A DNA stretch of 64,000 bases, taken from contig OZ244561.1 of assembly GCA_965217585.1 (NCBI GenBank), forward strand, positions 1,312,001 through 1,376,000, written 5' to 3'. The number at the start of each line of letters is the position of its first letter. Position 1 is the stretch's first letter. This DNA comes from Candidatus Latescibacterota bacterium. GTDB taxonomy: Bacteria > Latescibacterota > UBA2968 > UBA8231. Below are positions 28,901-38,367 of the stretch, in pieces. Made by a program: the position numbers and the translations under genes. Below the pieces are notes generated by a model, which was given only the letters and a program-made list of their open reading frames with translations, did no database searches and had not been told where the DNA came from.

Positions 28901-30964
28901 CTAGTAGACCACGGCCACGTGGCCGCTGTGGACCTCGTCCCCTGCATCTAGCTCCACCTTGACCTGAAAGAGATAGAGACCCGGGGGCACTACGTTGCCA
29001 TGATCATTGCGGCCGTCCCAATAGCCGGGGCTTTCGCGCTCCCGGCCAGACAGGCGCAAATAGGTTCCCGCGCTCAGAGCCGGAGGCCGGAGCCGGGCCA
29101 CAAGGCGGCCGCTCAAGTCGAAGATGCGCATGGATACCGGGCGCGCCACATCCACTCTGGAGAGGACTAATTCGATCACCGTGGCGTCGTTGATACCATC
29201 GCCGTTGGGCGAAAATATCGGCGGATTGGCCCGCACCTGTTCGAGGACTTGGCCAGCAACCGTGGTCGTGACCAACGTCCACGAATGGGGCCTTTGGGTG
29301 CGCGGATCTTCGTCTTGGTTGGGCGCGGCGTTGAGCGGATTTTCCGAGCCTAAGCTGAACAGGAAAGCGCGGAACCGGTGCAGGTGGGCATAGGAGCGAG
29401 TGCGGAAGGGGATCTGCAACTGGGTGCTTTGCCGCAGGGGCTCGGCGAAAATCAAGGTGAGCAAGTGCTGGGTGGAAAACCACTCGGCCAGTACAGCAGT
29501 CCCCAAGTCGATATCCCGGCCGAGCTGGGCCTGTCCGGGCACGGCTATTTGCAAGCTTTTGACCCCCTGATCGCCGGTGCCGATCTCCACGTCGAGGGTA
29601 TAGACAAAGGTGGTATCCACGCCCATCGGCGTCCGGTTGGGCTCGACGCGACCACGGGCCGTGGACGCGGCTATATCCTCGGTAGAATACTCGATGCTCA
29701 GGTCGCGAAAAAGAGGGCTTTTCTCCGGGTCTCGGCTCTCCATATTGACGCGGTACTGCAAAAACCGTCCGGGTTCGGGGCCGGGAAAGAGGATTCCTCC
29801 AGCGACCTGCGGAGCGCTCCAGCCTTCTTGGGGATCGGCAAAAGCGGCCGGGGTGGCACCGCTGCGAAACTGGACCGACAGGTCCGTGCGCAGGGGAATG
29901 TCTGCATGCCAAGCGATGCGGCCGAAATTCTTGCGCCTGTCCGGTGCTCCCAAATCCAGCGGTGCGGAAAGAAACACTCCCTCCTCGGCAAAACCCTCGC
30001 CAAAGACCTGGATCTCCGCGACCTTGGGTTGGCTCACGCCATTGACGTCGATGATGACAATGCGCACGAACCGGGTCCAAGTCGGATTGAAGACCACTTC
30101 GGTGCGCTCGAACTGGAGGATATCGTGCAAAACCCCCACCTCGGACCAGCGGATTTCGTTGTCGCTGACTTGCACGGAATAGCCCTGTAGGGAATTCTGG
30201 GCGAATTCAGGCCCTTCGGTCAGCACCCGCACGGACCGGATCCGTCGGCGTTGTTGCAAATCGATGGAGGCAGCAAAATTGACCGAGGATACGGGCGGTT
30301 CCCAAGCAGTGCGCAAATCGCCGTCCACGGCTTCAATGCGATTGGAGGGCCGCCCTAAAGCCAAGTTCTCACCGCGTATTTGCTTGAGAACCACGCCGCC
30401 GGCCACGCCGCCAATATCCGTGCCACCGGGAAAACCAGCGACTAGGTCCGGGGCCGGGTCGGGCAAGCCCTCGATCAGGGCGCGATTGGCGCTGCCAGCC
30501 TGGACCACCTGCCAGCCCAGTTGCTCCGCGATATCGGCTACTTGCCAGTCGGTGTCGGCCGGGGGGCGGGCGGTCCAGTACCAAGTCTGGGCTTTGGGGT
30601 CGGTCTCGCCGTAGCGCAGGGAATCGACCGCGACCACGGCCAGCAGGCCATGGCCCACGCCCAAACCGCGATTAACCACCTCGACGGCCAGGGCGTTATC
30701 ACCGCTGAGCACGTTGACTGGGTAGGTGTGCATCTGGTTCCAAGACGAATTGGCCCCGATGAAGACGCCGTTGAAATAGACCGCAAAACTGTCCACCGCG
30801 GCAATGTGGAGCAGCCCCGAGGTACTGCTGTCGGCCGCAAAGGTGGTGCGGTAGTACAGGGTATTGCGATAGGTGTCCTGGGTCCAGACCTCGGCGCCGC
30901 TCCCACCCGGAAGCATTAGCAGGAGGCAGGTGACCAACCCGGATCTGATATGGGCTCGGGCCAT
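28901..30964 (-). CDS. Secreted F5/8 type C (discoidin) protein with C-terminal PNGD/FlgD-Ig domain ending AVVY
   Basis: ENLALGRPS...AVDGDLRTAW...IDLQ...YSVQVSDNEIRW...TRFVRIVI...AEIQVFG; PPIFSPNGDGIND...WDGRNDHGNVVPPGLYL. Confidence 0.88.
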   Translation of the reverse strand: MARAHIRSGLVTCLLLMLPGGSGAEVWTQDTYRNTLYYRTTFAADSSTSGLLHIAAVDSFAVYFNGVFIGANSSWNQMHTYPVNVLSGDNALAVEVVNRGLGVGHGLLAVVAVDSLRYGETDPKAQTWYWTARPPADTDWQVADIAEQLGWQVVQAGSANRALIEGLPDPAPDLVAGFPGGTDIGGVAGGVVLKQIRGENLALGRPSNRIEAVDGDLRTAWEPPVSSVNFAASIDLQQRRRIRSVRVLTEGPEFAQNSLQGYSVQVSDNEIRWSEVGVLHDILQFERTEVVFNPTWTRFVRIVIIDVNGVSQPKVAEIQVFGEGFAEEGVFLSAPLDLGAPDRRKNFGRIAWHADIPLRTDLSVQFRSGATPAAFADPQEGWSAPQVAGGILFPGPEPGRFLQYRVNMESRDPEKSPLFRDLSIEYSTEDIAASTARGRVEPNRTPMGVDTTFVYTLDVEIGTGDQGVKSLQIAVPGQAQLGRDIDLGTAVLAEWFSTQHLLTLIFAEPLRQSTQLQIPFRTRSYAHLHRFRAFLFSLGSENPLNAAPNQDEDPRTQRPHSWTLVTTTVAGQVLEQVRANPPIFSPNGDGINDATVIELVLSRVDVARPVSMRIFDLSGRLVARLRPPALSAGTYLRLSGRERESPGYWDGRNDHGNVVPPGLYLFQVKVELDAGDEVHSGHVAVVY

Positions 30965-31018
30965 CGCGTTGCGGATTGTTGCCAGATGGACGGAAAAGAC
31001 AGTGAAACGCTAAAACAT

Positions 31019-31071
31019 AAAAAAGGGGATCGAGTGCAATGGCGGATTGCCCCGGCCAAAACCCGATCCCC
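31019..31071 (-). terminator. Rho-independent terminator
   Basis: Minus-strand stem GGGGATCGGGT...ACTCGATCCCC followed by T6, just after the stop of 31093..32916. Confidence 0.7.
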
Positions 31072-31092
31072 GAAAAAAGACAGATCTGCGGG

Positions 31093-32916
31093 CTACTTCA
31101 GCAGCAGCATTTGCTTGCTATCCGCAAACGAGCTGGCCCGCAGTTCGTACAGGTACACCCCGCTGCCCACGGATTCGCCCTCGGCGTCCTGGCCATCCCA
31201 CTTGATTTCGTAGGAGCCAGCCTGTAGCTCGCCGTCCATCAGGCGGGCTACCAACTGACCGGAGATATTGTAGATATCGAGGACGACCACTCCGGCCGCT
31301 GGAATGGCAAAGCGGATCGCGGTTTCGGCATTGAAGGGATTGGGGTAGTTGTCGCCCAAGGCATAGTCAGACGGCAGGGACTCGCCGCTCAACTCCGCCA
31401 CCGCAGTAGCTGCATCGCTGCCAATGACGCCGGTACTCACGTCAAAGGGGAAGTGGACCAGTTCCTGCTGGCCGGTCGGCGCGTACAGACCGTCGTAAGG
31501 ACCCCCACTGGAGACCCAGTACAGGTCGGAAGCCAGCCCGGTGGGCATCTTGGGCAAATTGACGTTGAACAGACCGTGCCCGTCCGGCCCTAGGACAGTG
31601 CCCCAGAAGGGCTGGTTGAAACCAGAGAAAAAGGCGATGTGATGCCGGCCGACATTGGCGTGGGTAACGGCCATCTGGTGGTCAAGCCCATCTTCGGCAA
31701 AACCGCGGGCCGTGGCCTCCTCGCCGAAATAGCGGTCGAGAAAGCCGTCGCCGTTGCGGTTGAGCCAGATGAGGTCGCCGTCTAAAGTGACATGGGCTGG
31801 AAGCGAAATTGGATTGTACCATAAACCTGAGACGTATATCCCGCGGTCGTCCACATCGACTCCCCAGGGACCTTGGCTGCCCGTTTCGTGCAGGTAAACC
31901 TCGCTCAGATCGAGAATATTGGCGATTTCACCGGTGGCGCGGTCGACCGCAACAACGGCCGGCACCAATGGCTCTTCGACATCGCGATTGGCCAGATAGA
32001 TCATGCCGTCGTCGGCGACCCAGGAGTGATGCGAGGCCTGCGACACGGCCGAACTGGCGATGCGGGCGTTGACACGGACATAACCCCGATCGGCTGCGGC
32101 CCAATCTTCGTCCGGCAGGATAGTGCCGTTGTCTGGATCGAATTTGACCCGCCACACACCGCTGCCCCGCGCCACGTCAAACTGGGCGTTGTTGGTGATA
32201 TAGGCGACGTTGGGATCGGCTGGGTCGGGCTGGTAGGAACTGATGTCCCAGTACTGGATTTCCTGACCGTGGCGCTCGTTCATCCAAGGAATCAGGAAGC
32301 TTTCATAGGCCTCGGGGTTTTGGAAGTAGTCGAGGCCGAGTTCACCGCGGCGGATCTCCCACTCCGCCCCTTGGTTGGAGGTCCAGACCACGGGCGGATC
32401 GACATTGAGATCGACCCGGTTGGTCATCCAGTACGAATGCGAGCTGCCCGGGCCAACCCAGGTGGGATTGGAGATATTGTCCAGAGCGAAGAGGTAGTAC
32501 GTATAGGTGCCGGCCCCGACCTCGTTGCCATTGAAGTCCCGGCCATCCCAAGTGATGGAGTTGGCCCCTTCGCTGAAGGTCTGGCCGCCAGTGATGCTGA
32601 GCAAGGTGTCGAGCCCAGCGGCGCGCAACATGGAATTGCCCACGCCACCTTCGCCAAAGGCCGCACCATCGTACTGGGGATTGGCGTCCCGGGAGTACAC
32701 CGCCAAGTGCACTTCGGCCGGACCGCCGTTGAGCGTGAAGGGCAGCTCGACCGGACTGCCGTCAAAGGAAACATCGCGGGAGTCGAGCGTGAGGACATTG
32801 GGCGTGCCGCTGCGCCAATCGTTGGCGCGATCGAAATTCGGATTGCCGGCCGTGCCCGACTGGGCCAAGGCAGTGCCGACAAAGACCAGAGAAAAGAGCA
32901 CAGATAACATCTTCAT
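31093..32916 (-). CDS. Secreted protein with T9SS type A-like/FlgD-Ig C-terminal domain
   Basis: Signal peptide; NYPNPFNAETAIRFAIP...IYNISGQLV...WDGQD...SGVYLYEL...KQMLLLK. A second FlgD-like segment (ITWDGRDFNG..VGAGTYTY) lies near the N-terminus. Confidence 0.88.
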   Translation of the reverse strand: MKMLSVLFSLVFVGTALAQSGTAGNPNFDRANDWRSGTPNVLTLDSRDVSFDGSPVELPFTLNGGPAEVHLAVYSRDANPQYDGAAFGEGGVGNSMLRAAGLDTLLSITGGQTFSEGANSITWDGRDFNGNEVGAGTYTYYLFALDNISNPTWVGPGSSHSYWMTNRVDLNVDPPVVWTSNQGAEWEIRRGELGLDYFQNPEAYESFLIPWMNERHGQEIQYWDISSYQPDPADPNVAYITNNAQFDVARGSGVWRVKFDPDNGTILPDEDWAAADRGYVRVNARIASSAVSQASHHSWVADDGMIYLANRDVEEPLVPAVVAVDRATGEIANILDLSEVYLHETGSQGPWGVDVDDRGIYVSGLWYNPISLPAHVTLDGDLIWLNRNGDGFLDRYFGEEATARGFAEDGLDHQMAVTHANVGRHHIAFFSGFNQPFWGTVLGPDGHGLFNVNLPKMPTGLASDLYWVSSGGPYDGLYAPTGQQELVHFPFDVSTGVIGSDAATAVAELSGESLPSDYALGDNYPNPFNAETAIRFAIPAAGVVVLDIYNISGQLVARLMDGELQAGSYEIKWDGQDAEGESVGSGVYLYELRASSFADSKQMLLLK

Positions 32917-33034
32917 GAAACGGCCTCCTGGCCTAAGGGATTAGTGTCTGCGAAATGGACGAAATGTTGAAACGACTCTCAGTTCCACGAATCCGCCTTC
33001 TATGGCATTCATCGAATGGACAACGTTAGCGCAC

Positions 33035-33063
33035 AGCATATAAAAATTAAAGAAGGATGTCAA
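33035..33063 (-). promoter_or_regulatory. Sigma70-type promoter for the 32916 operon
   Basis: Minus strand TTGACA-17 nt-TATGCT in an AT-rich intergenic stretch. Confidence 0.7.
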
Positions 33064-33107
33064 AATAAAAACTCGGCCTCTAAAAAGTCCCTGTTGGCGC
33101 AGCTCGC

Positions 33108-34685
33108 TTATGGGGTCTGCTTGGAACGGACTAGGTCTAGAAAGGGCCGGATGCGCGGATAATCGGGCTGCAACTCGAGTACCTGTTCAAAGGCGGCCTC
33201 GGCTTCTGGGTAGCGCTGCAGATCAATCCAAGCCAAACCGAGTCCAAAACGAGCGTGGACGTGCCCGGGGTCGGTTGCTAGGACTTGCTCAAAGAGCGGC
33301 ACGGCCTGGGCGGGGCGCAGCCCGCGCACGTGGAGCATGCCCAATTCGAATCGCGCCTTGGTCCACCCAGGCTCGAGGACCAAAGCCTTCGTAAAGGCCG
33401 CGGTGGCCCGCTCATCGCCTCCGGCCTTGGCATGGGCCTGACCCAGGCGCAGATGGAAGCGCGCCGAATCCGGGGCTAGGGCCACGGCCCTTTCTAGGGC
33501 GGCAATGGCTTGGTCCGTCCGCCCCTGCCGGTCGTAGACCAAGCCTAGATCGGCGAGGATCCCAGCCATGCCCGGCTCGAGGGCCAAGGCTTTTTTGAAC
33601 TCTTCGATGGCCCGCTCGTACCGGCCGGCTTCGGTATAGGCCACGGCCAAGGCGCGGCGTTCTAGCGCTCCTTCGGGTTGTCGCTGGACCCGCAGTTGGG
33701 CCATATAGAGCGAGTCTTGCTCGCCTTCTTCGAGGGCGACAAAGCGCTCCTGAGCGCGCTGGCTAGCGGCGGTGCGGCCCAAAAGTTGGTAGGACTTGGC
33801 CAAGTTGTAGTAAGCCTGCCGGTAGCGCGGTTCGAGGGCGATGGCGCGCTCGTACGCCTCCACGGCTCTGGAGGGCGATCCCCGTTGATCTAGAACCCTC
33901 CCCAGGTTGTAGAACGCTTCGGCATCCGTGGAGTCGAGCCCGATGGCCGCCTGCAACGAGACGGCCGCTTTGTCCAAGTCGCCTTTTTCCAGATAGATGG
34001 CACCCAAGCGGCGATGCGCTGCCACTAGGCCTGTATCGAGTTCTAGGGAACGTTTATACGCAACTACAGCTTGGGAGGATAGATTCCGCAATTCGTAGGT
34101 GCGGCCCAGATTGTAGTGGAAATAGGCATTGGTCGGCTCGAGATCCACGGCCCTGTTCAGGGAGGCAATGGCCGCGTCGAGATCGGTGTAGCTAAGATTG
34201 GTGGGTTTATCCGTGGCCGTGGGTGCGCGCCGCGCATAGGCCACCCCGAGGTGAAAATGGGCCTCGGCGAATTCCGGGGCCAAGGCCGCGCTCTGCCGCC
34301 AGTGCTGGATGGCGTCGTTGTACTTGCCGATCCGAGCGTACACTTGTCCCAAGCCAAAGTGGGCCCGCACGCTGGCGGGGTGATTTTCCAGGACGACTTG
34401 GTAGAGCGCCACAGCGCGGGCGTATTCAGCCTGCTGGGCCAAGGCCGCGGCCAGATCGCAGTACATATCGGGATCGGCTCGGCCTTCCCGTATGGCCGCC
34501 TCTAGAGCACCGAGCGGCAGGGCCGACCGGGGACCGGAGCCATAGCGGGCGCGCAACTGATCCTGGCGTGCGGATGCCAGCTCGTATCTCTCGTCGGTGC
34601 AGCCACTGAGCGAGATGACCGCTAGCGCGAGCAAGAGCCGATAAGGCTGAGACCTATCACTGCGCCTGCAGGGCTCTATCCGCAT
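33108..34685 (-). CDS. TPR-repeat lipoprotein
   Basis: Lipobox LSGC followed by many TPR helices. Confidence 0.88.
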   Translation of the reverse strand: MRIEPCRRSDRSQPYRLLLALAVISLSGCTDERYELASARQDQLRARYGSGPRSALPLGALEAAIREGRADPDMYCDLAAALAQQAEYARAVALYQVVLENHPASVRAHFGLGQVYARIGKYNDAIQHWRQSAALAPEFAEAHFHLGVAYARRAPTATDKPTNLSYTDLDAAIASLNRAVDLEPTNAYFHYNLGRTYELRNLSSQAVVAYKRSLELDTGLVAAHRRLGAIYLEKGDLDKAAVSLQAAIGLDSTDAEAFYNLGRVLDQRGSPSRAVEAYERAIALEPRYRQAYYNLAKSYQLLGRTAASQRAQERFVALEEGEQDSLYMAQLRVQRQPEGALERRALAVAYTEAGRYERAIEEFKKALALEPGMAGILADLGLVYDRQGRTDQAIAALERAVALAPDSARFHLRLGQAHAKAGGDERATAAFTKALVLEPGWTKARFELGMLHVRGLRPAQAVPLFEQVLATDPGHVHARFGLGLAWIDLQRYPEAEAAFEQVLELQPDYPRIRPFLDLVRSKQTP

Positions 34686-35145
34686 ACTCCCGATCCTCGG
34701 GGAAGTCGACAAAGGGATGGGCACCAATTGAAATCAGCTTGGTAGCCGGATTCACGGTCAACCGAGCGTATTTTCCAAAGGGACGCCAGCGTTTCGCCTG
34801 GCTTTTGTCTATCTTCCTCGGCTCGTTCTTCGGCGGGTCAAGGCCAATGGTGCGGAAAGCCTCGGCTTCGTCAAAGGGCTCCATGGCGGCGAAATTATAA
34901 GTGACATAGACAATTTTGCCCTTTTTGATGACCGCGAACAGTTTCACTCCCCCAACATCCTCCCAGCGCATAAAACCCATGCGCTTTTCGGTTTCCTCTC
35001 TATACTGCTTCGGTTCTCCCAAGCGCACCTGCACCGCCGCGGGAGTGCTAGCCAGCAGAGCGTGGGCGTCCAGGGGTTTTTCCGGGGCACAGGCTGGGCC
35101 GAGAAGCAGGACTGCGACCCATAGGCAAAAGCCGGACCATTTCAT
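34657..35145 (-). CDS. Hypothetical lipoprotein
   Basis: MKWSGFCLWVAVLLLGPAC lipoprotein signal; compact 162-aa ORF in line with the operon. Confidence 0.7.
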   Translation of the reverse strand: MKWSGFCLWVAVLLLGPACAPEKPLDAHALLASTPAAVQVRLGEPKQYREETEKRMGFMRWEDVGGVKLFAVIKKGKIVYVTYNFAAMEPFDEAEAFRTIGLDPPKNEPRKIDKSQAKRWRPFGKYARLTVNPATKLISIGAHPFVDFPEDREYADRALQAQ

Positions 35146-35278
35146 AGGGGGATTTTTTCGCTGTGATGCTCGGTGTCTTCTCGCCGAATTGGCGCAAGAA
35201 TAGGCGAGTTGGCCGGCTGCGTCAAGGTTTGCCGCGCGCTTGACAAATGCAGGGGCGCACTTCAGTTTCGGCCAAACC

Positions 35279-37213
35279 ATGGGCAACCAGTCAAAGGGTT
35301 TTTTCATCGCCTGCATTGGGCTGCTGACAAGCGCCAGTATCCACATGGGGTGCGGCGAACTCCGGCAAAAGCCCAATGTCGTGGTATTGCTGGTCGACAC
35401 GTTGCGCGCCGACCATCTCAAGTGCTACGGGTACCACAGGAACACGGCCCCGTTCCTCGAGGGACTAGCCCGCCGCGGCGCGATCTTCACCCAGTGTTAT
35501 GCTCCCTCCGACTATACCCCGGCTTCTACTGCCTCCTTGTTCACGGGGCAGTACCCGCTAGCGCACGGGTATCTCAACTCGCACTACGTCCTCGCCGAGA
35601 CCCACACCACCATGGCCGAAATCTTCCAGCGGCAGGGATATACCACGGCGGGATTTATCGCCAATGGCTTGGCCGGCGGGAAGTACCAGATGGACCAGGG
35701 GTTTGACCACTACTTTGAAAAGAACAGGGCCTCGGCCGCGGAACTGGTCGCCGCGGCATCCGCCTTCATTGAGCAACAGGCCGACGAACCCTTTTTCGCG
35801 TACCTGCATTTTCTCGATGTCCACGATCCCCACCGGATTCCCGGGGAATACCACGGCCGCTTCGCCGATCCGGCGGACTTTGCCTACGATATGCAAGACA
35901 CCCTCCAACTCGACAAATTCGTCATGCGGGCCTGGTGGGAGGCGGCGCAAGGATGGCGCGATCAGACTGTGGGATCCGAGCAGGTTGCGGCTTATTTTGC
36001 CGACTACGTCCAGCTCTACGATGCATCCATTTCTTACTGGGACGAGCACTTGGGGGCCTTGCTCGACCTTCTCGCCGTTCGGGGAATTGATCAGCGGACG
36101 ATCATCGTGGTGACCTCGGATCACGGGGAGCAGTTTCTCGAGCACGGCTATTTCGGACACGGCAATTCAGGCTATCAGGTCGGCTTGCACATCCCCTTTA
36201 TTATCTGCGATCCGCTGCACCCGAACATCGCCGGTTTGCAAATTGACAATCTGGTCAATGCCGTCGATATCCTGCCCACCTTGCTGGCCCGGCTCAATTG
36301 GCAAATTGCTCCGGCCGTGCAGGGCCAGGAGCGCTGGTCTTTGCTCGCGTCCGACGCGCCGGACGAGGTCGCCGAAAGCATTTATACAGAGGGGACCTTC
36401 ATGGCCAACCGGCCTTTCAGCACCTTGATCCAGACCTACCGGGAAGGGGAATGGAAGCTGCTGCTCGATCGCCTGCGGGATACCAAGGAACTCTACCATT
36501 TAAAAGAAGATCCGGGCGAACTTTGCGACCGCTTTGCCGAGCAGCCGGAAATCGCCGCCCAACTCTACGGCAAAATCCGCCAGTACTACAATGGCAACTT
36601 GCAGCTCTTCGCGCGACAACAACAGTCGCAAATGCCGTTGGCAGAGCAAAAATTGCAGGAGTTGCGAGCCTTGGGTTACATTACAGGGCGAGCCGGATTG
36701 CAGAGGCCGGCGGCGGAGTTTTTCCCTATGAAGCCGGTCCGCCTAAAAAGATTCGGCCCCTTTGGGGACGAAGAGGATTTGGGCAGGTTTTCCCCTGCGA
36801 TCGATTTTTTTCGCGGCCAAGTCGCTTGGGGACAAGTCATTGGCGGGTACAGCGATAGGGTGGGCCAACGGGATTCGGCCGGGGTTTGGTTCGATCGGCG
36901 GGCGACTTTTCTCATGCCCAACCAGCCCGTTGGGCAACGGGTGGTCGTCGAGCTGACCATTGATCCTATGGGAGGGGCTGACAATCCGACCCGGATCGAA
37001 GTCAAATTCAACGATAAACCCAGCGGAGCTTGGGCTCTCAATGGGGTCGGGCCCTATCGGCTCGAAGCGGCACTTCCCGCCTTTTTGCAGCAGAGCGCTT
37101 TCTTTTATCTGACCATTGAGGCCGACAACCGCTTCGTCATCCGCAAAGCAACATCGGTTCGCGACGATATATATGGGGCCATGCGAATTCGTAGATTGTA
37201 TCTGGAGGGATAA
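35279..37213 (+). CDS. Sulfatase-like alkaline-phosphatase-superfamily lipoprotein
   Basis: PNVVVLLVDTLRADHL, TSDHGE, GHG and ELRALGYI motifs. No CxPxR formylglycine motif. Confidence 0.85.
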   Translation: MGNQSKGFFIACIGLLTSASIHMGCGELRQKPNVVVLLVDTLRADHLKCYGYHRNTAPFLEGLARRGAIFTQCYAPSDYTPASTASLFTGQYPLAHGYLNSHYVLAETHTTMAEIFQRQGYTTAGFIANGLAGGKYQMDQGFDHYFEKNRASAAELVAAASAFIEQQADEPFFAYLHFLDVHDPHRIPGEYHGRFADPADFAYDMQDTLQLDKFVMRAWWEAAQGWRDQTVGSEQVAAYFADYVQLYDASISYWDEHLGALLDLLAVRGIDQRTIIVVTSDHGEQFLEHGYFGHGNSGYQVGLHIPFIICDPLHPNIAGLQIDNLVNAVDILPTLLARLNWQIAPAVQGQERWSLLASDAPDEVAESIYTEGTFMANRPFSTLIQTYREGEWKLLLDRLRDTKELYHLKEDPGELCDRFAEQPEIAAQLYGKIRQYYNGNLQLFARQQQSQMPLAEQKLQELRALGYITGRAGLQRPAAEFFPMKPVRLKRFGPFGDEEDLGRFSPAIDFFRGQVAWGQVIGGYSDRVGQRDSAGVWFDRRATFLMPNQPVGQRVVVELTIDPMGGADNPTRIEVKFNDKPSGAWALNGVGPYRLEAALPAFLQQSAFFYLTIEADNRFVIRKATSVRDDIYGAMRIRRLYLEG

Positions 37214-37222
37214 GTTGAGTCT

Positions 37223-37912
37223 GTGGATCTCGTAAGCGAACTCTGGTACTCTATGGCCTTCACTGGCAAGGCCGTGGTGGTGATCTTGGCCGGCCTGTCC
37301 ATTTATTCCTATGCGGTCATGGTGGACCGCGGCTTAACTTTGCGCTGGACCCGGCAGCGTTCGGCCGCTTTTGCCCGTGAAATTGAGGAGGGCGGTCTGA
37401 TGCTAGGGGCAGTCGAAGCGGTGCAGGAATGCGCCCGTCGAGCCGAGCAAGACGGACATTGCCCCCTAGCGGGGGTGATCTCAGCCGCTCTGGCGGAGTA
37501 CGAGCTATTGGCGGAGGAAGGACAGGTCGATGCCGTGGTGCTGGAGGCCGTGGACGATGCGCTCGGCCGCTCGCTGGACAGCGTGGTCGCCAATCTGCGG
37601 GTCCGGCTCTCCGGCATGGCCACCATTGTGGGGGTCGCGCCCTTCTTGGGGCTTTTTGGCACAGTGACTGGATTGATCGCCGCTTTTCGCGGCATTGCCA
37701 CCGCAGGGGGCGGGGGCCTAGCCGAGGTATCGGGCGGGATCTCCGAAGCCCTCGTCACCACGGTTATCGGCCTGTTTGTCGCCATGCCCGCGCTGTGGGC
37801 GTACAATTTTTTTACCAACCGCATTGAGGCAATGTCGCTCGGGCTGGAAAACAACGCGGCCCGCATCGTCGGCCACGTGGTGCGGCGCGCGCTCAAGGCC
37901 AATCGCGCCTAG
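37223..37912 (+). CDS. MotA/TolQ/ExbB proton channel protein
   Basis: ATIVGVAPFLGLFGTVTG...GGISEALVTTVIGLFVAMPA signature. Confidence 0.93.
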   Translation: MDLVSELWYSMAFTGKAVVVILAGLSIYSYAVMVDRGLTLRWTRQRSAAFAREIEEGGLMLGAVEAVQECARRAEQDGHCPLAGVISAALAEYELLAEEGQVDAVVLEAVDDALGRSLDSVVANLRVRLSGMATIVGVAPFLGLFGTVTGLIAAFRGIATAGGGGLAEVSGGISEALVTTVIGLFVAMPALWAYNFFTNRIEAMSLGLENNAARIVGHVVRRALKANRA

Positions 37913-37921
37913 TCAATAATC

Positions 37922-38350
37922 ATGGCCAGACGAAGCAAGCGCCGAACTCGCCACACCGAAGTGCGGCGCAGCCCCATGCCCGATATCACGCCCATCGTCA
38001 ATGTGGCGCTGGTGCTGTTGATTGTCTTCATGGTGGTCATGCCGCTCATTCAAGAGGGCATCTTGGTAGAAACGCCCGCAGCCCGCAATGCCCAAGAGAT
38101 CGTCGAGCAACTCGGCGCAGAGAGTTTGATTCTCTCCATTAAGGAAGACGGTTCCCTGTACATAAATTTGCACCAAGTGGCGCGGGCCGACCTCAAAAGC
38201 GAACTGGCCAGGGCCTACCACGGCAAGGAGGGCGAGCCCATCATCGTCAAAGGCTCCAAGAATCTACCCTATCGCGAAATACTCGACTTGATGGAAATCT
38301 GTCAGGAGATCGGGGCACCGGGAGTGGATTTAATGGTCAAAAAACCGTAA
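37922..38350 (+). CDS. ExbD/TolR family protein (Asn at the usual TM Asp position)
   Basis: DITPIVNVALVLLIVFMV TM segment; periplasmic IIVKGSKNLPY....LME.....G. Confidence 0.9.
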   Translation: MARRSKRRTRHTEVRRSPMPDITPIVNVALVLLIVFMVVMPLIQEGILVETPAARNAQEIVEQLGAESLILSIKEDGSLYINLHQVARADLKSELARAYHGKEGEPIIVKGSKNLPYREILDLMEICQEIGAPGVDLMVKKP

Positions 38351-38367
38351 GCCAGCCTTACACTTCC

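Noticed and set aside
29004-30080. 358-aa Arg/Pro-rich minus-strand ORF
   Set aside because: Alternative frame within 28901..30964 with composition typical of a non-coding frame.
31873-32907. 344-aa plus-strand ORF
   Set aside because: Antisense shadow of 31093..32916.
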